From the NCBI GenBank assembly GCA_965221955.1, contig CBDCTA010000003.1, positions 1 to 64,000 on the forward strand: a stretch of DNA of 64,000 nucleotides. Direction: 5' to 3'. This document shows, one piece after another, positions 50,919 to 61,738 of this stretch. Position 1 is the first letter of the stretch. The number at the start of each line of letters is the position of its first letter. Origin of the DNA: Gammaproteobacteria bacterium (GTDB lineage Bacteria > Pseudomonadota > Gammaproteobacteria > UBA4575). A model generated the notes under the pieces. The model saw only the letters and a list, made by a program, of their open reading frames with translations, was not told the origin of the DNA and ran no database searches. A program made the position numbers and the translations under genes.

Positions 50919-51338
50919 TTAAATCACATTGTCGTTTTGTTCTGGGCATGTGCAAGTATTTTGATATTGGCATAAACGATAATTTCTTATGTGGGCAATA
51001 GCAATAATAATTGCACCAATTATTGTGAAAGCTTTTTCTAAGTATTTATCTAATAAATCGTGACCCAAAAATGCGACTACACACAAAATTAGTAAGCCGA
51101 TACCGCCTATCCATAATATTTGGTAACGCTTGTGGTTTTTGCATCCCATTGTAAGAGCGTATGTAGTAACCGGTACTACAGCAATTACCATCCAAATATG
51201 AAAAATCTCATCTTGTAATGGCAATGCTGTAATTGATGGGAATAAAACAACTAAAAGAGGTAATACCAAACAGTGAATGGTGCATAGTAAAGATAAACTA
51301 ATGGCAGTTTTATCTGATATTGAACGTGCATTGATCAT
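50919..51338 (-). CDS. MerC-domain membrane protein (Zur-linked)
   Basis: DKTAISLSLLCTIHCLVLP, four TM helices, AHIRNYRLC. Confidence 0.85.
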   Translation of the reverse strand: MINARSISDKTAISLSLLCTIHCLVLPLLVVLFPSITALPLQDEIFHIWMVIAVVPVTTYALTMGCKNHKRYQILWIGGIGLLILCVVAFLGHDLLDKYLEKAFTIIGAIIIAIAHIRNYRLCQYQNTCTCPEQNDNVI

Positions 51339-51430
51339 TATTTAGTCGAAACAGAACGCACTTGGCTGGGACAGATCTTACTGAAAAGCGTTGATTACTT
51401 CGTTGCAAAAATATTTTAAAAGTCTATGTT

Positions 51431-51464
51431 ATGTTACATTATAACATATGTTATAATATAACAT
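51431..51464. promoter_or_regulatory. Two tandem Zur boxes
   Basis: ATGTTACATTATAACAT (51431-51447) and ATGTTATAATATAACAT (51448-51464) match the gammaproteobacterial Zur consensus TGTTATANTATAACA. Confidence 0.85.
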
Positions 51465-51537
51465 AATCGATTTTATTGAACTATTCTTTTGATCTATTGG
51501 CTTTGATTGACAGAGTCATTTGCTTGTGTAGGAGTTT

Positions 51538-53568
51538 ATGATGCGCACTTTAGTTTTTATTGTATTACTGTCTGCAGTAAGTTTGCATGTATTCGCAGAG
51601 GATGAAGCAGCAACGAAAAAATACAATTTGCCTGTAATCATAATCGAGTCAAATTGGTTTGATGGTAAACAGCCTGATGAATTTGCCCAGTCAATTGAGG
51701 TATTGCGTGATGAAGAGCTTGAACGTAAGAAATCTAATTCAATAGGTGAGACTGTTAAGAATGAATTAGGTGTCTCTTCTACTTATTTTGCGCCAGGCGC
51801 AAGTCGGCCCATTATTCGTGGACTAGGTAGTAACCGCGTTCGAGTCCTTGAAAACGGGATCGGAGCATTGGACGCTTCCAGTCTTAGTGAAGATCATCCT
51901 GTATCGATTGAGCCATACTTTGCTGAACAAGTCGAAATTATTCGTGGTCCTGCAACTTTGCGTTATGGGCCTGGCGCAATTGGTGGTGTGGTGAATATTA
52001 TCAATAATCGTATTCCACAAACTTTAAAAACCGGTCCTTTCGAGTTAAAAGCTGGAGTGGAACATGCCACAGTTTCCGATGGTGAAACCGCTGCACTTGA
52101 ATTAAATGGTTCACACAAATCCTTTGCCTGGCATTTCGATGGCTTAACCCGAGACACAAATGATTATGAAATTGATGGGTTTGCAAATGAGGAAGAAAGA
52201 GAAAATAGAGGGCGCTTAGCAAACAGTGACGTAGAAGCGGATAACCATGGCTTGGGGGCAAGTTTTATAATGGAGAAAGGCATGATCGGTTTTGCCTATA
52301 ATCGATTTGATACTGATTTTGGTGTTCCGGGTGCTGAAGAAGGTGATATTCGAATCGACCTCAAACAATATCGTTATGACATGCTGGCACAATTGTTTCA
52401 TCCGCTCAGCAGTGTAGAAAAGATTTCATTGCGTTCTACCTACAACAATTACCGTCACTTTGAAGTGGAAGAAGATGGAGAAATCGCCACGATGTTTGAT
52501 AATGAAGAACTCGAGTCCAGACTCGAGGTTATTCATAACGTCAATAATCACTGGAAAAATGCATTTGGTGTGCAATATAACGATCGCGAGTTTTCTGCGG
52601 TAGGTGAAGAAGCCTTTATTCAGCCTCTAGATCAAGAAAGGTATGGGTTCTTTGCAGTAAGCCATTTTCACAATGACCAATGGGATTTAGAAGGCGGTCT
52701 GCGTTTTGATCGCGATGAATTTGATCCTGATAATGGGGATGATGAAGATTTTAGTGTGTACTCAATTTCATTCGGTGCGCAACGCAAATTGGCTAATGAA
52801 ATGCAGTTTAATGTATTTGTTGCACGCTCTGAACGAGCACCACAAGAAACCGCTTTATATGCAGACGGCCCACATTTAGCAACCCTCACTTTTGAAACAG
52901 GTTCTACCGATATTGATGAGGAAATATCCTACAATATTGAGATTGGTCTTGAGCAAAATAAAAGCAGTCACACCTGGGCAGTGAATGCTTATTTCAACCG
53001 TATTGATGATTTCATTTATCTTGCCGGTGTCGATGTGAATAATGATGGTATCGCTGATCGTGTGGATGAAGACGGTATGTTTGACCCAATGGGTGAGCTA
53101 CTTGCAGGGGTCTACGAAAATGAGGATGCAGACTTTTACGGCATTGAAGCTGAGTTTGTTAAGCAACTAGTCAGCAATAGTAACTACGATATACGAGGCC
53201 GTATTTTTGGCGACTATATACGTGCTGAATTTCGAGATAATGATTTTGGAGATGTGCCGCGCATTCCTGCAGGACGCTTGGGCTTAGGCTTAGAGGCCTA
53301 TCGTAATACCTGGAATGGAACCTTAGATCTTATCTATGTTGCGGACCAAAACAACGAAGGTGATCTTGAAACGGATACCGACAGTTACACCATGTTGAAT
53401 GCAAGTTTATCTAAAATATTATATGCCGGTAACTCAGATATAAAAGTATTTCTCAAAGGCGAAAACTTGTTGGATGAGGATGCTCGCCAACACACTTCAT
53501 TCACAAAAGATCGTGTAGTACTGCCAGGAAGAGGGGTAACATTTGGTGCAGCATTGATGTTTGAGTAG
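51538..53568 (+). CDS. TonB-dependent receptor, ZnuD-like zinc uptake
   Basis: ASRPIIRGL, EIIRGPATLRYG..AIGGVVN plug, ADGPHLAT, ARQHTSF, terminal MFE; Zur boxes upstream. Confidence 0.9.
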   Translation: MMRTLVFIVLLSAVSLHVFAEDEAATKKYNLPVIIIESNWFDGKQPDEFAQSIEVLRDEELERKKSNSIGETVKNELGVSSTYFAPGASRPIIRGLGSNRVRVLENGIGALDASSLSEDHPVSIEPYFAEQVEIIRGPATLRYGPGAIGGVVNIINNRIPQTLKTGPFELKAGVEHATVSDGETAALELNGSHKSFAWHFDGLTRDTNDYEIDGFANEEERENRGRLANSDVEADNHGLGASFIMEKGMIGFAYNRFDTDFGVPGAEEGDIRIDLKQYRYDMLAQLFHPLSSVEKISLRSTYNNYRHFEVEEDGEIATMFDNEELESRLEVIHNVNNHWKNAFGVQYNDREFSAVGEEAFIQPLDQERYGFFAVSHFHNDQWDLEGGLRFDRDEFDPDNGDDEDFSVYSISFGAQRKLANEMQFNVFVARSERAPQETALYADGPHLATLTFETGSTDIDEEISYNIEIGLEQNKSSHTWAVNAYFNRIDDFIYLAGVDVNNDGIADRVDEDGMFDPMGELLAGVYENEDADFYGIEAEFVKQLVSNSNYDIRGRIFGDYIRAEFRDNDFGDVPRIPAGRLGLGLEAYRNTWNGTLDLIYVADQNNEGDLETDTDSYTMLNASLSKILYAGNSDIKVFLKGENLLDEDARQHTSFTKDRVVLPGRGVTFGAALMFE

Positions 53569-53649
53569 GTAAACGGTGTAATATCGCATACTAATTTGGG
53601 CTTATCTCTAGTCTGTATGTGTATATGCTTTGATCAAAAAAATATCGAA

Positions 53650-54216
53650 ATGATTAAATTCATTTCAATGTTGGGTGTTCTCGTTGCCAGTGTTAGTTGT
53701 GAAAATCTATTTGCAGCTGAAGAGCACATCTATCCAGAATTTTCTATTCAGGTACCTGAAACATGGCAGGCAGTGGAGCTTGATCGGGAAGGTGCGTCAA
53801 AGTCATGGCTTTTTGGCAAACAAGCGACAGAAAATGAAAGTGGAGTTTCAATAGCAGTACATATACTGGAACTAGAGGATGCGAAGTTTGATTCTGAAAC
53901 CAAATTAATTTTGGCGAAAGAAAGATGGTTGAATAAAAATATCAATACCATGGGAAAATCTAAGAAGGTGTTAAACACAAGCATTATCTATGATGAAATA
54001 ATCGATGGAGAAAATTTCAGAGCAGTTAATTTCCGCAGTTTATTTGATGTGCATAATCACCCTGAACTGCAATTAAAAATTTATGGGCGTATATATTTGA
54101 CAATTTTAGATGCCAAAGTAATTACGATAAATTTTCAAGCATCAGAAATGCATGAAAGTAAGACTAAACCTGAGTTAGAAAAAATTGTTGAAACTATTCG
54201 ATTAAATAGAAGATAA
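53650..54216 (+). CDS. Exported hypothetical protein (PsbP/DcrB-like fold possible)
   Basis: Signal-like N-terminus from ATG 53650, FSIQVPETWQ, C-terminal IVETIRL. Confidence 0.55.
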   Translation: MIKFISMLGVLVASVSCENLFAAEEHIYPEFSIQVPETWQAVELDREGASKSWLFGKQATENESGVSIAVHILELEDAKFDSETKLILAKERWLNKNINTMGKSKKVLNTSIIYDEIIDGENFRAVNFRSLFDVHNHPELQLKIYGRIYLTILDAKVITINFQASEMHESKTKPELEKIVETIRLNRR

Positions 54217-54634
54217 CTCGTATAAATTCAATCATAGAATGATAAAGCATGAAGCAACATCCATGTTGCGTTGTATCATCGATCTATAGAGCCTTGTGAG
54301 AGCAGTTAACCTTTATTACTTAAGTTGCTCCAAATGATATAAACGATCAAAATTCCAAATCCTATATACATAACATTATAAAGTGCATGTTCCATGGTAT
54401 TCCTTTTCTTCATTGCTTTAGCAAATGAAAGATTGTGTGTTGACTGGAGTTATATTCCAGTGGGATTTACCCTTGTCGGGCCAAATCTGAAAAGAAGCGT
54501 AAAAAGCGAATTGATGAGTACAATTCCATGTACGCCGCCTGACAGGCGGGTCCTGATTTAGATAAGTTATACAGGGACTGTATAGCGTTATCATGTTCAT
54601 AGCAATAAATCTTCTGATTAAAAGGTAAAAAAAT

Positions 54635-55108
54635 ATGAAAACGCTTGGTATTTTTGCAGATGTGCAAAATATTTATTACACCACTCGCCAAGTCTATGGG
54701 AGACAATTCAACTACCGAAAACTTTGGGCACAATTAAGCCAAGAGGGAAAAATACAATGTGCTAATGCCTATGCAACTCAGCGTTCTGACGACAAGCAAC
54801 ATAAGTTTCAAAAAGCATTAGAGCATATTGGATTTAATGTAAAGCTAAAGCCATATATTCAACGTGCGGATGGCTCTGCAAAAGGGGATTGGGATGTTGG
54901 CATTACTATCGATGTATTAGAAGTCGCGCAGAAGGTAGACGAAATTATTTTGTTATCTGGAGATGGAGATTTTGATCTTTTGCTGGAAAAAGTAAAACAA
55001 CAATTTGAGGTTACTGCAAAGGTTTATGGTGTGCCAGGCTTAACGGCTAAAACTTTAATTGAATCCGCAACTGTCTATCATCCGATAGAAGAAGATTTAT
55101 TGTTGTAA
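54635..55108 (+). CDS. NYN-domain (LabA/DUF88) PIN-like protein
   Basis: FADVQNIYY, AKGDWDVGITID, LLSGDGDF. Confidence 0.93.
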   Translation: MKTLGIFADVQNIYYTTRQVYGRQFNYRKLWAQLSQEGKIQCANAYATQRSDDKQHKFQKALEHIGFNVKLKPYIQRADGSAKGDWDVGITIDVLEVAQKVDEIILLSGDGDFDLLLEKVKQQFEVTAKVYGVPGLTAKTLIESATVYHPIEEDLLL

Positions 55109-55117
55109 GTCTATTGT

Positions 55118-58100
55118 TTATACAGTTATGGAAAATGAGTTCACCAGATTCAGCAATTTATCCTCATCAAATGGTTTGGTCATATATTCAGACACACCAA
55201 TTTTTAAAGCTTCTTGTTTGTGTTTATCTGTGGATCTCGATGTGATCATAATGATCGGTGTTTCTGCGGTATCAGGGTTTGATCTCAAGTGATCAGTTAG
55301 TTCCAAGCCGTTCATGCGCGGCATTTCTAAGTCTGTAAGAATGATGTGCGGTACTTGTTGTTGCACTTTATCGATTGCATCTACGCCATCGATAGCAGTT
55401 TGTACTGCAAATCCAAGATCTTGCATGAACTGCGCTAGTGATTTACGCGTACTGATTGCGTCTTCAACAATTAGCGCATGTTGACGTTGGTCCGTTTCTT
55501 TTGGTCTGTTGCCAAGAATGCTTCTTTTCACAGCGTCTTGAGAAGACATATTAATAATATCGAGTAAATTAACCACGGTAGTAATACCGCCATCACCTAA
55601 AACAGTTGTGCCAAGCAAGCCAGTAATTTTTGGGATAAATCGACTAAATGGTTTGATAACAATTTCACGATTTTCTAATACGCGATCTACTAACACGGCC
55701 GATTTATTATTTAATTCATCTTGCACGATGAGTGCTGTTTGTCGTTGGACATCAATTTTATCTTCAGCATTTTCAAAAAGTATGCTTTGTAAATCAATTA
55801 ATGGATAAATGAATTGCTGATGCTGGAACATTAATTGATCGTTTTCTAAAATTACTGTGCCAGCTCCTGGGTATAAGATTTCTTCTATCCCGTGGTTGGA
55901 GATGGCTAAGGTTTGTTCTCCAGATGAAATTAATAAGGCGTGTGTGGAGTGGAAAGTAGTAGGAATTGAAAGTTCGATTTTTAAACCTTTTCCGGGGATA
56001 GAGTCTAGGTTAATTGTTCCTTTCATTTCTCTTATGTTGTCGAATACGACATCCAGTCCTACGCCACGGCCAGAAAGCTGAGATACGTTATCTTTAGTTG
56101 AGAAGCCGTGTTGTAGAATAAGTTTGATCGCATCCTGCTGGGAAAATTCACCGGACTCATTAAGCAGACCTCGTTCAATTGCAGTTTGTTTAATACGATC
56201 GGTGTCTAAGCCTCGGCCATCGTCTTCACATGTGACTTGAATGGTTTTACCTTCTTTTTTGAAGCTTAATTTAATGTTTCCTTCAGGGTCTTTGGCATTT
56301 TTTAATCGCCGTTCTGTTTGCTCAATACCATGGTCAATAGAATTCCTAAGCATATGCATCAATGGGTCGACTAGTCGATTCAATATCTCGCTATCAAGAA
56401 GTGTTTCTCCACCAATGATCTCAAGATGGGTTTGTTTGTTTAATAACTTGCATGCTTGTCTCACGCTACGGTTTAATCTGGATTCAATAGTTTTAACGGG
56501 TACCATTCTAGTACGTAGCACAGCATCTTGAGTTTGAACTAAAGTTCGCGATTGACTGTTAGATAATTTCTCTAGCTTTGAAACCGTTTCTTCAATGTTG
56601 TTTAAAAATTCGTTTGAGTCATCAGAAGCTTCTATTAATTGATTGGTAAAAGTGTGTAATTCATTGAATTCATCCATCTCTAGAGGATCAAATTTTCCAT
56701 TTGAATTATTGCTACCAAATCGAGATGAAAATCCTTTGATCTCAATCATATGTTCTAACTCTTGGATCAAAGTTTTTATTCGGTTGTTATTACTGCGTAA
56801 ATTTCTTGCAATTTCTTTTGATTGTGAAATAGATTCTTGAATCTGAGCATTCGAAATAATGTTTTCGCCTGCTTGATTGAGAATTTCATCAATTAAATGG
56901 GAGGCAACACGTAGCGAAGCTTCAACATTGGCTTCTCGGTTCGGGCCTTCGGCAGGTTTGATGTTCTCATCAATTTGTGGTCTAGATTGAACTGATGTAT
57001 TAAGAAGTAATTCATCAACCGTTTCACTATCTGACTCAGGAATTCCATGTTCATCAATTCGATTTGCCCAGTCTAATATTTGTTGGAAGACCTCAAGTGC
57101 TTGCATAGGCTCGTTACCTACACCCATTAAGTATTCAGACATTTCCTCTAAACAATCAGCAGCATCTACCAAGGTGTTTAGAAGGGCATCGTTAGGTTTT
57201 TGCGCAGCTTTAAGCAAGGCTTCTAAAATATCCTCTAAATTATGCGTTAAATTGGCTAGTCCTTTAATGCCTACAGTGTTGCCAGCACCTTTTAAAGTAT
57301 GCGCAATGCGTTTTGCTGTTTCAATTTCTTCGATAAATTCATTAGTGGTTAAATTCTGTATAGAAGTAGAAAATTCGCTTGTTTGTTGTGGAAGGTCCAC
57401 TAGTAAACTGTCAACAAGTTCTTGGGGCACATCCTCGGGGACGGCTAAGCTGATATTTTCAGGAGTTGCTTCACGCAATCGTTCCTCTTGTTGCTGATTG
57501 TCAACTTCGATATAAGAATTGTTAAATGCTTCAACAATAGCATTAAGTTCTTGTTCGCTTAATTTTATTGGCCAACAATCTTGGTTTAAATACTCAATAC
57601 AAGCTTGAAAATATTCAGAATCATCCAATGCAATAAGGTGTCCTTGCACAACATCCGGCCATATTAATAATTGTTCATGTAATGGGACGATTTTTTTAAC
57701 ATCGGTTTCTTTAATATGCATGAATATTTTATGCATATGTTGCGCAAATTTTTGTAAGCCCTGCAGGCCTACCATTTCAGCAGCAGAGCCTATGCGTTCA
57801 ATTTCATCTGCTTGAGTGTCCAAAACATTATTAAGTGTTGACAGGGATGGCTCAGCTTCGTTTAAAACAGCTAATTCTTCGCTGTGTGTTTCTTGTATTT
57901 CACTGAGTTCAGCATTAAATAAATCTAGAAATTCCAGTTGTTCAGAACTGAAGGCTTGTAAATCGATTTTTGAGTCTCGAATGCCTGACTCGTAAGCATC
58001 TGCCACGATTGTTTCTTCAGGTTTTTCTTCAGGGATTCCTTCAGATTCAATAAATAAATCCTCGATGACTTCGGCTTCAGTATTTTTCTTAAACCAGTTG

Positions 58101-58453
58101 TTATGATCTAAATAATTTGCAATTGTCTCATGTACTTCGCTGTCTTCACGATTTGATATGAATTCACTGATATACAAAGGCCATGCGCAGAGCAATTCGG
58201 TCTGCTCAAAACTAGGGATGGATCCTTGCAGAGGCTCTAAAATTTCTTGTAAGTGTGAGAAAACAAGAAGAAGCTCTTGGTCATTTGCATTTTCAGCTAG
58301 TTCACATAGCTGAACAATCGATAAATCAAATTCAAGTAATAAAGTTTGAAAGTCCTCGGCAGATGGCTCCTGCGGTTTGGTCTCAGACCAAGTCTGTATG
58401 AAACCTTCTAAGCCATCGATTATTTCAAGGCTATGTTGGACTAAGTCACTCAT
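55118..58453 (-). CDS. chpA: CheA/ChpA-like hybrid histidine kinase (Hpt, HATPase, CheW, REC)
   Basis: AHTLKGAG, FDPLEMDEF, HMLRNSIDHGIE, DDGRG, SGRGVGLDVV, C-terminal TDLEMPRMNG. Confidence 0.9.
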   Translation of the reverse strand: MSDLVQHSLEIIDGLEGFIQTWSETKPQEPSAEDFQTLLLEFDLSIVQLCELAENANDQELLLVFSHLQEILEPLQGSIPSFEQTELLCAWPLYISEFISNREDSEVHETIANYLDHNNWFKKNTEAEVIEDLFIESEGIPEEKPEETIVADAYESGIRDSKIDLQAFSSEQLEFLDLFNAELSEIQETHSEELAVLNEAEPSLSTLNNVLDTQADEIERIGSAAEMVGLQGLQKFAQHMHKIFMHIKETDVKKIVPLHEQLLIWPDVVQGHLIALDDSEYFQACIEYLNQDCWPIKLSEQELNAIVEAFNNSYIEVDNQQQEERLREATPENISLAVPEDVPQELVDSLLVDLPQQTSEFSTSIQNLTTNEFIEEIETAKRIAHTLKGAGNTVGIKGLANLTHNLEDILEALLKAAQKPNDALLNTLVDAADCLEEMSEYLMGVGNEPMQALEVFQQILDWANRIDEHGIPESDSETVDELLLNTSVQSRPQIDENIKPAEGPNREANVEASLRVASHLIDEILNQAGENIISNAQIQESISQSKEIARNLRSNNNRIKTLIQELEHMIEIKGFSSRFGSNNSNGKFDPLEMDEFNELHTFTNQLIEASDDSNEFLNNIEETVSKLEKLSNSQSRTLVQTQDAVLRTRMVPVKTIESRLNRSVRQACKLLNKQTHLEIIGGETLLDSEILNRLVDPLMHMLRNSIDHGIEQTERRLKNAKDPEGNIKLSFKKEGKTIQVTCEDDGRGLDTDRIKQTAIERGLLNESGEFSQQDAIKLILQHGFSTKDNVSQLSGRGVGLDVVFDNIREMKGTINLDSIPGKGLKIELSIPTTFHSTHALLISSGEQTLAISNHGIEEILYPGAGTVILENDQLMFQHQQFIYPLIDLQSILFENAEDKIDVQRQTALIVQDELNNKSAVLVDRVLENREIVIKPFSRFIPKITGLLGTTVLGDGGITTVVNLLDIINMSSQDAVKRSILGNRPKETDQRQHALIVEDAISTRKSLAQFMQDLGFAVQTAIDGVDAIDKVQQQVPHIILTDLEMPRMNGLELTDHLRSNPDTAETPIIMITSRSTDKHKQEALKIGVSEYMTKPFDEDKLLNLVNSFSITV

Positions 58454-58484
58454 GCGTTGTTCTATGTTTAAATTTTTCGTTTAC

Positions 58485-60740
58485 TTACGCATTAGCCGCT
58501 TTCTGAGTGTCGTTTTTTCCCTCCAACACATTTTTCAATTCTTTTGATTCAACATTTTTAACTTTCGCATTGTTTTCAGACTCTGGTAGTTTGAAGACTT
58601 TAACAGTAGATAATAATCTGTTTGAGTATCTAACTAGATTTGTAGTGTTGTTAGTTTGCTGTTTCAAGTGTTTATCCGTTGTTCTAGTACTTTCAGCAAT
58701 TTCATTAGACTGATGCACTAACTGTAAACTTTCGTCAGCTTGAGCTTTTGAGCTCTGAGTAATCTTAGCCACCGCTTTTACTAGATCTTCTGTAGACGTT
58801 TGAGTTTGTTTCATAGCGTCACCAGCATGTTGAGCTAGTTGCGTACCTGCGGCAACTTGACTAATCGCGTGATTCATAGCGGTAACCGTGTCGGTTGTTT
58901 CAGCATGAATATTATTCACTAGGCCATCAATTTCAGTTGTCGCTTCACGAGCACTTTCTGCTAGTCTTTGTACCTCGTCGGCAACTACTGCAAAACCGCG
59001 TCCTGCTTCACCGGCTGAAGCGGCGTGCATACTCGCATTTAATGCAAGGATGTGTGTTCTTTCTGCGATACTGTTAATCAAGTTCACGATTCCAGTAATT
59101 TCTTGAGAGCGTTCACCTAAGCGTTTAATTCTTTTCTCTGTCTCGCGTATAGTGTCGCGAATACTATTAATACCGTCTACAGATTTGTTTACAGCGTCTA
59201 GTGCGGTACGTGTATTGTTCAGCGCTTGGTCTGCTCGATTGTTTGCATCTACAGCATCGGAAGAAATTTTATTCATTGCAGAAGATGATTTGTTAAGCAT
59301 ATCTACAGTGGTATCGACTTGACCACGTTTTTCTTCGGCAACCGCCATGATTAGGTTAGCTTGTTTAGCCAGCATGTTAGAGACACTTGCTACATGAATT
59401 GAGTAACGTTTTACATTATTCAGTGCAGTAGAAGTTTCTTTGGTGAGCAAGTTAAGTGAGTCACCCACAGCGCCTGTTACATCCTCATTCACAGGAACTT
59501 TTACGGTAAAATCTTTTTTACTAAGTTGCGCCACAGCTCTGATTAAATCAATTACAGAATCATTAAGTTGTTCTTTCTCTTTTTCAGAATCTGATAATTG
59601 GGTTACTTTTTCGTCGAGCAGTTTGTCAAAGGACATGGATAGTTCACCAAATTCATCCTTGCGTTTTGCGCCTACACGGGCTTCTAGGTCACCATCGTTT
59701 ACCGCATGAATTGTGTTGAGCAGTTTGTCAATTGGTCTTTTTAGATTATTTGCAAAATAAAGAAGTAGGGAAACCACGATTCCAGAAATTGCTAGTAATA
59801 AAATAAGTGCGAATGCTGTAGTAATACCTGTTGATTTTTCTTGTTGTGCTTGGTTTTGGGTAATACTGAATTGAGAAGATTGACCCATTTCGTCAAACAT
59901 CGGTCCAAGCATGAAGTCGTAGAGCTCTGTATATTCGTTAGCATTTCGTTTGTTGGTTACAATGTCATCAATAATGTTTAGATAATCGTTTAAGTAATTT
60001 TCAATCTCAATTTTTTTCTGTAGGCTAAGTGAAGTGCGATTTAATTCTTTCTTAAAACTCTGTACTTCAAACTTTAAATCTTCATAAGACTCAGTTAAGT
60101 CGATAGATTGAAGAATATGTTTTTTATGTGAACGGATTTTTGCAAGAAATGTAAACAACTTCGCGTTGCTAGAATTTGAGACACTATTTTCTACAATATT
60201 GAGGGTTGCATTTGCTTTTTGACGCAACCCATCTGCATCAGTAAAGCCAACAACTTGGTTAAATTTTACAATATCCGAAAATGAAGTTTTGTAATCATTT
60301 ACTACAGATGACGATTGAGTAACCAACTCTGGAATGTAGTTTAATGGCAATCTCACTTCTTCAATAACAACTTCTTCAGTTGTAGTAGCATCGATTTTTT
60401 CTCCCAAAGCGCGTAATTGCTCCATGTTGCCTTCAAGCAAGGTTACATGTTTTGCATGTTCATCTAATGGTGCATTGTTATAGGTTTGTCCAGTAGATGC
60501 AGAAATACTTAATAGAAAGTCTTTTTCAAAACGTCTGACTTTGAAGTAGTTTTTTTGTGCTTCACCAACAAGCTGACCATATTCTACGAATAAGTTGGTG
60601 CGATTAGTTGCATCACGCTCATTTTTAATTGTGTACAAATAAATAGATGCAGTAGCTAAGAAGCCGAGTAATACAGTCACGAATAATATGAAGAGTTTCT
60701 TCGCGATTGAAATGTCAGAAATTTTATTAAAACTAACCAT
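58485..60740 (-). CDS. pilJ: Methyl-accepting chemotaxis protein (PilJ-like)
   Basis: Two TM helices, HAMP, KRIKRLGERSQEI, ILALNASMHAASAGEAGRGFAVVADEVQRLAE. Confidence 0.9.
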   Translation of the reverse strand: MVSFNKISDISIAKKLFILFVTVLLGFLATASIYLYTIKNERDATNRTNLFVEYGQLVGEAQKNYFKVRRFEKDFLLSISASTGQTYNNAPLDEHAKHVTLLEGNMEQLRALGEKIDATTTEEVVIEEVRLPLNYIPELVTQSSSVVNDYKTSFSDIVKFNQVVGFTDADGLRQKANATLNIVENSVSNSSNAKLFTFLAKIRSHKKHILQSIDLTESYEDLKFEVQSFKKELNRTSLSLQKKIEIENYLNDYLNIIDDIVTNKRNANEYTELYDFMLGPMFDEMGQSSQFSITQNQAQQEKSTGITTAFALILLLAISGIVVSLLLYFANNLKRPIDKLLNTIHAVNDGDLEARVGAKRKDEFGELSMSFDKLLDEKVTQLSDSEKEKEQLNDSVIDLIRAVAQLSKKDFTVKVPVNEDVTGAVGDSLNLLTKETSTALNNVKRYSIHVASVSNMLAKQANLIMAVAEEKRGQVDTTVDMLNKSSSAMNKISSDAVDANNRADQALNNTRTALDAVNKSVDGINSIRDTIRETEKRIKRLGERSQEITGIVNLINSIAERTHILALNASMHAASAGEAGRGFAVVADEVQRLAESAREATTEIDGLVNNIHAETTDTVTAMNHAISQVAAGTQLAQHAGDAMKQTQTSTEDLVKAVAKITQSSKAQADESLQLVHQSNEIAESTRTTDKHLKQQTNNTTNLVRYSNRLLSTVKVFKLPESENNAKVKNVESKELKNVLEGKNDTQKAANA

Positions 60741-60765
60741 GATTTATCCTTTGATAAAAAAGTAT

Positions 60766-61338
60766 TTATGTATTACTAGGGGTTGATATTGATTCAAAAA
60801 AAGCAGGTAAATTAATACAAGCCCAAACATCTCCTTCGTTTTGATAAGCGTATTGAACATATGGCCGAATTGTATTCGGTAGTGAAGAATAATCAGTAGT
60901 CATTTGACTGGACTTAAAGCTGATACTGGAGGGTAATCTATTAATAATCAGCCCAATTGCATTCTCGGCTTGATCAATAATGACAGTTTTACTGTTTGGG
61001 TTGTTGGTAGCGGTATATTTGTTGCTAAGTAAATATTCGATATCGATAATTGGAACGGCATCTCCTCTAATGTTCGATACACCAATTAACCAATCCTCTG
61101 ATAATGGAATATTATAAATTTCATTTTCTTCAAGGACTTCACAAGAAGTATTGCTATCGATGAGAAAGTTTAGGTCACCAATTGCTACGCTATAGAAAAT
61201 GGCTTCAGAGCTTGCTTGCTTGTTTTCAACAGGTTCGTTGTATGCAGACTCTAACTTCTCGATAAGTTTTGCATGTTCATCCAGCCATACCGAAGAGGTA
61301 GACTCTGTGAAACCATTAACGCTTGGATTGCTTTTCAT
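60766..61338 (-). CDS. CheW-like adaptor (PilI-like)
   Basis: IPLSEDWLIGVSNIRGDAVPIID. Confidence 0.88.
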   Translation of the reverse strand: MKSNPSVNGFTESTSSVWLDEHAKLIEKLESAYNEPVENKQASSEAIFYSVAIGDLNFLIDSNTSCEVLEENEIYNIPLSEDWLIGVSNIRGDAVPIIDIEYLLSNKYTATNNPNSKTVIIDQAENAIGLIINRLPSSISFKSSQMTTDYSSLPNTIRPYVQYAYQNEGDVWACINLPAFFESISTPSNT

Positions 61339-61700
61339 TGAATATACTGTTTAAGCTGAGAAACAATTTGATCAGCGGTGTAAGGTTTTCCGATTAAGTC
61401 TTTACCACCTTGCAGCTCTGCCCAAACGCGATCCGCTTTCTGGCATTTTCCAGTAACAAAAACGATAGGTATGTTTTTGGTTATCTCATTTGAACCAATT
61501 TCCCGACACGCTTCGAAGCCATCTTTATCATCCATGATGACATCCATGAAAATCATGCCTGGTTGCATGCTTTGTGCTTTTTCAATTGCTTCAGAACCAG
61601 AAAGTGCGGTAACTACTTGGTATCCAGCGTTTGAAACAATTGCTTTGATTTTTTCTAAGTCAGTTCTTGAATCATCAACTACTAATACTACTTTACTCAT
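61335..61700 (-). CDS. pilH: Single-domain response regulator (PilH-like)
   Basis: VVDDS, FMDVIM..DGFEACR, ADRVWAELQG. Confidence 0.88.
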   Translation of the reverse strand: MSKVVLVVDDSRTDLEKIKAIVSNAGYQVVTALSGSEAIEKAQSMQPGMIFMDVIMDDKDGFEACREIGSNEITKNIPIVFVTGKCQKADRVWAELQGGKDLIGKPYTADQIVSQLKQYIQ

Positions 61701-61738
61701 GACTATTCCGATGTATTAAATATGTGCGTAAATGTTTA

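Noticed and set aside
50919-51338. Mercury resistance locus
   Set aside because: No merR/merA/merP/merT; Zur boxes indicate a zinc context
54635-55108. Toxin-antitoxin or anti-phage system around the NYN gene
   Set aside because: No partner gene; stand-alone LabA/DUF88 proteins are common
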